Source: Acidobacterium sp.
GTDB lineage: Bacteria > Acidobacteriota > Terriglobia > Terriglobales > Acidobacteriaceae
Reading direction: 5' to 3'
NCBI GenBank assembly: GCA_003152415.1
Contig: PMAD01000209.1
Span: 34,179 to 97,268 of the forward strand
Length of the DNA: 63,090 nt
Under the pieces are notes generated by a model. The model had not been told where the DNA came from. It was given only the letters and a program-made list of their open reading frames with translations, and made no database searches. Shown in pieces: positions 8,525-15,734 of the stretch (the stretch's first letter is position 1; each line of letters opens with the position of its first letter). The translations under genes were made by a program, and so were the position numbers.

Positions 8525-9771
8525 CGGAGAACATCGAGCTGGCCTGCACGCTTCCCGAGCCGAATGTGTTGCCGGGGGAGTACGTGCGTCTGCTCGGTTA
8601 TCCGCGCGGCTTTGCGCTCGAAGGCAGGGCGCTGGACTTGGCGGAGCAGGCGCGGGACTGGTATGCGGAGAACGGACGGCCGTGGTTCTATGCGCGTCAG
8701 GCGGAGACCTTCGAACTCGCCGGCGACTCTATCTATATTGATGGACTGCCATTCGTGAGCAAACGGCTGGAGAGCACGCTGCGGCAAGCAGAAGCGCACA
8801 GCGTGATTCTGGTAGCCGTGGGCGCCGGTCCGGAAGCCGAGGAAGAAGCGCGGCGGCGCTGGGCGGACGAAAAGCCCGACGAATATTTCTTCCTCGAGAT
8901 GTATGCTTCCGCAGTCGTTGAGCATTTGACCACGGCGACCGGGGCGCGACTCTGTGACTGGGCGGAGCAGCATGAGATGGCAGTCCTACCCCACTACAGC
9001 CCCGGGTATCCCGAGTGGGACGTGGCGGAGCAGCCGCGGTTGCTGGAGCTGATGAGGCGGACCCGCAGAGAGCGTTTTCCGTCCTGCGTGGAGGCGCTCG
9101 ACTCCGGCATGCTGCGCCCCAGGAAGACGCTGCTGGCAGTCTTCGGACTGACGCATCACATCGATCACCTGCGCAGGCTCACCGATCTGGTTCCGTGTGA
9201 GAGCTGCTCCTTCGGTCCCTGCCAGTACCGGCGCGCTCCGTACCGGCGGGCTCCGCGCTCGAACACTGAGCAGGTGACGGCGCGGATGATGGTGCTGGAC
9301 GAAGACGCTGAGTACAGTGTGAATCGAAAAGCCCTGAAGCGTTGGGCCGAGGAGCGTCTTTCCATGGACATTCATAAGGATGGCTCGCTCGACGCGGTGT
9401 TTCGCTATGACGGAACGACCTGCACCAACATGGGACGGCCGCTGACGTTTCACTACAACGTGAAGCTGGGCCCGCGATCCGAAGGGTACCCAATACAGGA
9501 GCAGTACTGCGCGCCGGTCCCGGGCGATACCGGCCACACTCACATGTGCCAGTACATCGAAGACCCCACGCGCCTGATGGGAGCCATCGACCGCGAGAAG
9601 CCGCTGCACGGAGAACGGTTAAACACCGTGCTGTCGTGGCGGCGCGAGCTGAGCGGTGCGGGGTGCTTTTGCGAAGCGTCCAGCCGCGATCACAAATGGG
9701 GCCTGGTGTTCGAGACGATTCACTACGCGTTGGTACAAAGAGAGCTGGCGCAGGAAGCTGAGGAACGATGA
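8511..9771 (+). CDS. MetH reactivation (AdoMet-binding) domain-like protein fused to a Cys-rich C-terminal domain of unknown function
   Basis: The ATG at 8511 overlaps the RACo gene by 14 nt. The N-terminal ~200 aa resemble Met_synt_B12 (...LEMYASAVVEHL...LPHYSPGYPEWDV...). The C-terminal ~190 aa have no family I recognise. The ORF-track start at 8113 lies inside the previous gene. Confidence 0.6.
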
Positions 9772-10703
9772 AGAGATTTCTGCAGGATGCGATCCGGGAG
9801 CGGCCGCTGCTGTGCGACGGCGCGATGGGAACGCAGCTGATGATCGCCGGTCTGGAACAGGGTAATTGCGGCGAGGCGTGGAATCTCACGCATCCGGAGC
9901 GAGTGCTTGCGATCCAGCGGCGCTATGCGGAAGCCGGGTCGGAGTGCATACTGACCAACACTTTTGGCGGGTCGCGCATCATGCTCACCCGGCACTCCGA
10001 GGGAGACCACGTGGCCGCCATCAACAAGGCGGGCGTGGAAATCACGCGCCGGGCCTTTGGTAACAAAAACGGTTACGTGATTGGCGACATCGGCCCGTTC
10101 GGCGGCTTGCTGGAGCCTTACGGCGATTTCAGCGAAGCTCAGGTACGCAGCGCTTTCGAGGAACAGGCCACGGCTCTGGTGGAAGGCGGCGCGGACGCCA
10201 TCATTATTGAGACACAGACCTCGCTCGAGGAACTGCTGATCGGGATCCAGGCGGCCCAGCGAGCGGGCGCGCCATGCATTATCGGATCGATGGCCTACGA
10301 CGTTACGCTCGACGGCTCGACCTTCCGCACCATGATGGGGATCGAACCCGAACGGGCGGCCGCCTTCATGGAGGAGCACGGCGCGCACATCGTGGCACTC
10401 AACTGCGGCACCCGCATGGACATGCAGCGCGCGCTGACCGCGGTGGAGCGCTACAAGAGCGCGACCAGTCTCCCGGTGATGGTGCAGCCGAATGCCGGAC
10501 AACCCAGACTGGTGAACATGAAGGTGGTTTACGACGAGACGCCGGATCAGATGGTGCAGGGTCTGATGCCGCTGCTCGAGGCGGGCGCGAATATCGTCGG
10601 CGCCTGCTGCGGCAGTACGCCGGAGCACATCCGCGCGTTCAGAAAAGTCATGGACGAGTTTCTGGAATCGAAGCGAATGGAACTCCAGCGGAGCCCGGCG
10701 TGA
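9768..10703 (+). CDS. Stand-alone homocysteine S-methyltransferase domain protein (MetH N-terminal module-like)
   Basis: ATGA overlap with the previous gene. LLCDGAMGTQL, TNTFG, and Zn-ligand cysteines in LNCGT and GACCGSTPEHI. Confidence 0.85.
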   Translation: MKRFLQDAIRERPLLCDGAMGTQLMIAGLEQGNCGEAWNLTHPERVLAIQRRYAEAGSECILTNTFGGSRIMLTRHSEGDHVAAINKAGVEITRRAFGNKNGYVIGDIGPFGGLLEPYGDFSEAQVRSAFEEQATALVEGGADAIIIETQTSLEELLIGIQAAQRAGAPCIIGSMAYDVTLDGSTFRTMMGIEPERAAAFMEEHGAHIVALNCGTRMDMQRALTAVERYKSATSLPVMVQPNAGQPRLVNMKVVYDETPDQMVQGLMPLLEAGANIVGACCGSTPEHIRAFRKVMDEFLESKRMELQRSPA

Positions 10704-11029
10704 AAGTCAAACTTTGCGAAGTCAACGCGGCGGCCCTGGACAAGCTTCCACAGCACACCGACGACAAGTCCGGCATTGGCGTTCACTACGTCGATGCGTA
10801 CATCAAGCCGATGAACGTGAAGCTGGAAGACGGGACACCTGTCAAGTGCAAGCGGCGCGGCCTGAAAATCGTGCTCTCCGCGGGCGGCAAGAAGGGCGAA
10901 GGCCTGATGCGCCGGCTGGAGGTGAGCGCCGATCCGGTGGTCATGCTGAATGCGGCACTTCAGGAAGCTGCCAGGGCCGCGGGCATCGAACTTGTGGTTG
11001 AGGACGGAACAATTTTCGTTACGATTTGA
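10700..11029 (+). CDS. Hypothetical protein (109 aa), last gene of the corrinoid operon
   Basis: GTG start overlapping the previous stop (GTGA). VKVKLCEVNAAALDKLPQH... No family recognised. Confidence 0.45.
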   Translation: MKVKLCEVNAAALDKLPQHTDDKSGIGVHYVDAYIKPMNVKLEDGTPVKCKRRGLKIVLSAGGKKGEGLMRRLEVSADPVVMLNAALQEAARAAGIELVVEDGTIFVTI

Positions 11030-11425
11030 TTATTGCGCCAGCGAGCATCCCCGCTCGACTCCCCCATTGAGGCCATGCGCCTCTCCCCCCACAGTGACAC
11101 CCGAAGAAACCATCGGCCTGCATTGCGAATACAAATCTGATGGCGCCGGCAAGCAGACAAAGGGCTTCTCAGGTTCCGTATGGCCCACCAGTAACTCCCA
11201 CCAAAGTGACCTAAATTGGGGTTCCGCAGTGCCCTCAGCGAGGCGACCAAAGATTCGTTGACCCGCACCGGATTGCACACTAAGGTACTTCGAAGCATTC
11301 CTCTTTTTGAAAGCGTTGTGCCGGCATTTGCCGGCGCTTCCTCTGCACGCCGGAGGGAAATCTATACACCGCCCGCGAGCTGACGGGCGGCAACACACTA
11401 ATTCCAGTTGCCGAGGGCTCCCGAT

Positions 11426-14400
11426 ATGTCTGCCAATGGTTCTCTGAATTCCAGTCGCTGTTCCACGCGCTTCCGCATCTTCTCCGCTTTCCTGGCCAAC
11501 TGCATTTGGGTCGCACCGCTGTGTCTGGCGCCGGCGACCTCGGCCTTTGCGTCGGACACCTACACGGTGACCGTGAACACGGACGACTACAGCGGCACGC
11601 CGACTACGCTCACCGGGACCGCCTCGCACTGCCCGGCCAACGGGACCGGTTCCAGCTGCTCGCTGCGCGACGCGATTACCGCGGCGCTGGCCGATCCCGG
11701 CAGCACCATCAACTTCTCAGTGAAGGGCACCAACATGCTGAATTTCGTGTTGCCCATTATCACGACCAGCACCAACATCGTGGGCCCGGGCGCGAATGCA
11801 CTGACCATCTCGGGCGGGTATCAGCAGTTCTATGTGTCCGGCACGGCCGCGACGACGGTGACGATTTCCGGGCTGACTCTGGCCAATGCGAACAACACAG
11901 TAGTGGCCACCGGGCTGATGCCGTCTTACGGCGGGGCCATATACAACGTCGGGGCAACGCTGACCGTGGATCACATGGTCTTCGCGAACAACACCACCGG
12001 GCAGCCGTCTCTGGCGGGCGAGGGCGCAGCGATCCTGAACAACAACGGATCGCTGACCGTGAATGACTGCCTCTTTATCGGCAATTATTCCCAGAACACG
12101 ACATCCGACAACGGTCTGGGCGGCGCCATCACCAACATCGGCACACTGAACATCAAAGGCAGCACGTTCGAGGGCAACATTGCGAACGACGGCAGCGCCG
12201 TCTACAGTCTCAGCGGCTTGTCGATCACGGACAGCCTTTTCACGGGGAATTATGCAGCGTTTTCCGGGGCCGTGACCTTCACCAGCGGGACGCTTACCGT
12301 GAAGAACAGCACCTTCGTGGCCAACACGGCGGTATTTGGGCCCAATGACGGCACATCGATCTACAACGACGGCAATCAGGCGCTTTCCCCGCCGACGACG
12401 ATGGCGGTTAGCAACAGCATTTTGGACGTTCCCACGACGGGCGCGGCTTGCGTCACCACGGCCACTCCGAGCGATTGCCCGGTGAACGGCCAAAATGGCA
12501 ACGTCGTTGCGACACTGGCGAATCTGAAACTGGCTTCGCTGGGATACTATGGCGGGCCGACGCCAACCATGCCACCACTGCCCGGAAGCGCGGCGCACTG
12601 CGTCAGCTCGTCATCGAACTTTCCTGGCGCCGACCAGCGTGGCTTTGGAGTGGACATCTCGTGCGGAGCAGGTCTGGCCGATGCCGGATCTGTACAGGCG
12701 AACTATCTGACGGTGAACACCGCCGCGGATGATGCCGGGGCGACCATTACGACTTGCGGAGCGACCTGCACGCTGCGCGACGCGATCAATGCCGCTTTGG
12801 CGGATGGCAACGGCGATATCGACTTTGCTTCCGGCTTGAGCGGCACCATCACTCTGGGCGGATCTCTTCCCAGCATCAGCACGGCGGGCAGCGTCGACAT
12901 TGTGGGCCCGGGAGCCAATCTGCTGTCGGTTTCGGGGGCCCTCACTTATCCAATCTTGAATATCGCTGGAGGGACCGTCGACATCTCCGGGCTGACCCTC
13001 ACCGGCGGGAAAACGACCGCATCCGGTGGTGGCATCGACAACACGGGTGGAACGCTGACCCTCAGCAACAGCGTCGTGAGCAGCAACTCGGCCACATCCA
13101 ACGGCGGCGCCATCAACAACGGCGGCTCGATGCTGGTGAGCAACAGCACATTCGCGGCGAACAAAGCAGCCAGCGGCAGCGCGATCTACAACACAGGCGT
13201 GCTGACGATGACCTACAGCACCGTCGCAGGCAATACCGCCAGCGCGAGCGGAGGAATCTACAACGCCAGCGGCGCCGCATTGAAGGCGGTCAACAGCACC
13301 TTCGCGGGCAATACCGGCACGGGCAGCGGCATCTACAACAGCGGTGCGCTGGCGGTGACGAACAGCATCCTCGATGCCACTACCGAGTGCTCGGGCACAG
13401 GATGCCCGGCAACCGGCAATGGCAACGTCGTCGGGGCTACGAAGCTTGCGGCGCTGGGTTCCTATGGCGGCCCAACGCAGACCGTCCTGCCGCAACCTGG
13501 GAGTTCGGCGATCTGCGGTGGCTCTGCGGCCTTGATTCCGGTGTTCGTGACTACCGACCAGCGCGGATTTGCCAACGAGAACACCACGTATACGGGATAT
13601 TCGGCAACGGCTCCGTGCGTCGATGCCGGCGCGGTGCAGACGAATTACACCTCGGCGCAGTTTGTTGGAGCGCCCTACGTCGCCAACGCGAACACGCCAG
13701 GCACAGCTCCGCCGGTGATCGTATCGGTGATGGAAAACGGCCAGAACATCGGCGGCGTGCCGGTAACGCTGAGCTTCAGCGGAACAGGAACGGCTACTGG
13801 GCTGACCTCAACAACCGCCGGCGGCGCAGGCGCGAGCTTCGCTCTTGTAGTCAACCAACCCAGTGCACCGACAGACACGCTTTCGGTAAGCATTCCGGTC
13901 GTAGGCGCGGATACGCTGACCGCCGGTCCGGCTCAGCTCACGGTTGTACCCCAGGGCGCGGCCACTTCGATCACACCCGCCGCCGCTTCGGCAACAACGC
14001 TGAGTACCAGCGTGAGCTTGTCGGCGACGGTTCTGAGCGGCGGAAAGCCGGTGACCGCGGGGCAGGTCAGTTTCACGGTCGTGTACTCGTCGGGCGCCGT
14101 ACCCACGGTGACGGGGACGGTGAGCAGCGGTGGAGTTGCCACGGTGCCGTACCCGCTGCCTCAGCATCTGGCGGCGAACACGTATTCCGTCAGCATCAGC
14201 TACTCGGACATCGGAGGAGCGTTTGCGCCGAGTTCCACCACGGGACAGATGGCGATCAGCAAGGTGACGCCGACGGTGTCGACGTGGCCGGCAGCCAGCG
14301 CCATCACGGTTGGGCAGACTCTGGCCTCGTCAACGCTGACGGGGGGCGTGGCATCCGTGCCCGGCGGTTTTGCCTTCACCACGCCGACAACGGTTCCACC

Positions 14401-15301
14401 TTTGGGGTCTTCTTCGCAGAGCGTGACCTTTACGCCGACTGACATCACGGATTACACCACGGTGGTGGGATCCGTCAGCGTCACGGCGATCGGCCCTCCC
14501 ACCCCGATCATTCCTTACATCGAGGTGAACGGCGGAGCCTGGCAGACAACCGCCAGCGTCACGGCGCAATTCAGCGACTCGGTGAACCTCGGTCCGCAAC
14601 CGCTCACCGGCGGTTCATGGAGCTGGACCGGTCCCAATGGTTACACTTCCACGTCGCGGCAGATCAACGGCATCCCGCTGACTTTGCCCACCAACATCTA
14701 CGTGGCGACTTACACCAATCCGGCTGGCGCCAAGAGCACGGAGACATTCACGATCACTGTGGCTCCGACCGCCATTACTCCTTATCTCGAGGTGAACGGA
14801 GGAGCCTGGCAGACGACCACCAGCGCCACCGTGCAACTCACCGATCTGGTGAATCTGGGCCCGCAGCCGCTGACTGGCGGTTCATGGAGCTGGACCGGGC
14901 CAGGCGGGTTCACTTCCACCTCGCGGCAGATCAACAGCATTCCGCTGACTTCGGCCACGAACGTTTTCGTGGCTACGTACACCAATCCGGCTGGCGTGAC
15001 GAGCACGCAGACCTTTACGATCGGCATCGCTCCCACCCCGATCACTCCTTATATCCAGGTGGGAAATGAAGCGTGGGTCTCGGGCAACACTATCATCGTG
15101 TTCCTGGGGAACTCGGTGAACCTGGGTCCGCAACCACTCACCGGCGGTTCATGGAGCTGGATCGGTCCCAGTGGTTACACGTCAACCTCGCGGCAGATCA
15201 ACAATATTCCGCTGAGTCTGGGCTTCGATGTCTACGTGGTTACGTACACGAATGCCGTCGGAATCAAGAGCACGGAGACTTTCACGATCATTGCTCTCTA
15301 G
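11426..15301 (+). CDS. Large secreted protein: two parallel beta-helix modules (PMP/'choice-of-anchor Q'-like), Ig-like region and 3 C-terminal repeats
   Basis: Signal peptide (FLANCIWVAPLCLAPATSAFA). GGAIYN/GGAITN/GGGIDN/GGAINN repeats. Duplicated C(S/T)LRDAI(T/N)AALAD ... YGGPT(P/Q)T..P.PGS.A...DQRGF module ends. Ig-like stretch. The TTG at 11408 is an alternative start. Confidence 0.8.
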   Translation: MSANGSLNSSRCSTRFRIFSAFLANCIWVAPLCLAPATSAFASDTYTVTVNTDDYSGTPTTLTGTASHCPANGTGSSCSLRDAITAALADPGSTINFSVKGTNMLNFVLPIITTSTNIVGPGANALTISGGYQQFYVSGTAATTVTISGLTLANANNTVVATGLMPSYGGAIYNVGATLTVDHMVFANNTTGQPSLAGEGAAILNNNGSLTVNDCLFIGNYSQNTTSDNGLGGAITNIGTLNIKGSTFEGNIANDGSAVYSLSGLSITDSLFTGNYAAFSGAVTFTSGTLTVKNSTFVANTAVFGPNDGTSIYNDGNQALSPPTTMAVSNSILDVPTTGAACVTTATPSDCPVNGQNGNVVATLANLKLASLGYYGGPTPTMPPLPGSAAHCVSSSSNFPGADQRGFGVDISCGAGLADAGSVQANYLTVNTAADDAGATITTCGATCTLRDAINAALADGNGDIDFASGLSGTITLGGSLPSISTAGSVDIVGPGANLLSVSGALTYPILNIAGGTVDISGLTLTGGKTTASGGGIDNTGGTLTLSNSVVSSNSATSNGGAINNGGSMLVSNSTFAANKAASGSAIYNTGVLTMTYSTVAGNTASASGGIYNASGAALKAVNSTFAGNTGTGSGIYNSGALAVTNSILDATTECSGTGCPATGNGNVVGATKLAALGSYGGPTQTVLPQPGSSAICGGSAALIPVFVTTDQRGFANENTTYTGYSATAPCVDAGAVQTNYTSAQFVGAPYVANANTPGTAPPVIVSVMENGQNIGGVPVTLSFSGTGTATGLTSTTAGGAGASFALVVNQPSAPTDTLSVSIPVVGADTLTAGPAQLTVVPQGAATSITPAAASATTLSTSVSLSATVLSGGKPVTAGQVSFTVVYSSGAVPTVTGTVSSGGVATVPYPLPQHLAANTYSVSISYSDIGGAFAPSSTTGQMAISKVTPTVSTWPAASAITVGQTLASSTLTGGVASVPGGFAFTTPTTVPPLGSSSQSVTFTPTDITDYTTVVGSVSVTAIGPPTPIIPYIEVNGGAWQTTASVTAQFSDSVNLGPQPLTGGSWSWTGPNGYTSTSRQINGIPLTLPTNIYVATYTNPAGAKSTETFTITVAPTAITPYLEVNGGAWQTTTSATVQLTDLVNLGPQPLTGGSWSWTGPGGFTSTSRQINSIPLTSATNVFVATYTNPAGVTSTQTFTIGIAPTPITPYIQVGNEAWVSGNTIIVFLGNSVNLGPQPLTGGSWSWIGPSGYTSTSRQINNIPLSLGFDVYVVTYTNAVGIKSTETFTIIAL
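14498..15298 (+). repeat. Three in-frame tandem 267-bp (89-aa) units forming the C-terminus of the large secreted protein
   Basis: Units at 14498-14764, 14765-15031 and 15032-15298. Conserved core LGPQPLTGGSWSW(T/I)GP.G(Y/F)TSTSRQIN.IPL...TYTN..G..ST(E/Q)TFTI. Confidence 0.9.
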
Positions 15302-15355
15302 ATCAACGGAGCCCAGGGAGTCTCGGCGAGTCTCCCTGAGTTCCGGCACGAGTCT

Positions 15356-15734
15356 TCATTCGTATTGCAGAGAGACCATAGGCTGGGCACGCGACGCGCG
15401 CCAGGCGGGAATGATAGTCGCGAGCGGCGCGATCAGCGCCAGCAGCATGATCGCAGCGAGCAGGCTCAGCGGATCGGCGGCGCTCGTTCCGTGCTGCAAA
15501 TCGCTCATCGTCCTGGTCAGGATCTAAGCGCAGGGCACTCCCAGCACCAACCCGATCAGCGCGAGAACGGGGCCTCTGCCGCTTCCCCAGGCATGAAAGT
15601 GCCTTCCGACGCGCAGAGAGATTGCGGCCTCCGTTGGTCCTGGTTCGTTTCTCCGCGCGAATCTTTGGACAGCAGCAAATCGGGCTGGGCGGCGCGAGGC
15701 GACGTTGGCATCACCTCGCGTTCCAGGAGCCGGT
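15356..15734 (-). pseudogene. Decayed 3' remnant of an FtsX-like ABC permease of the ADOP (Acidobacterial duplicated orphan permease) type
   Basis: Minus-strand reading gives ...ALIGLVLGVPCA*ILTRTMSDLQHGTSAADPLSLLAAIMLLALIAPLATIIPAWRASRAQPMVSLQYE*. This matches the canonical ADOP C-terminus (..GVSATDP....IPARRATRVDPMVALRYE). It is interrupted by an in-frame TAG at 15524-15526 and needs at least one frameshift further upstream. No 5' part exists. Confidence 0.55.

Noticed and set aside
12754-14442. 562-aa alternative-frame ORF inside the large secreted-protein gene, plus other internal ORFs (11506..12066, 11717..12598, 12611..13495).
   Set aside because: The main frame shows a signal peptide and repeated beta-helix and Ig motifs. 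The alternative frames are Arg/Gly/His-rich with no structure.
14498-15298. Regularly spaced repeats that might be mistaken for a CRISPR array.
   Set aside because: The units are 267 bp, contiguous without spacers, in frame and protein-coding. They are a tandem protein-domain repeat.
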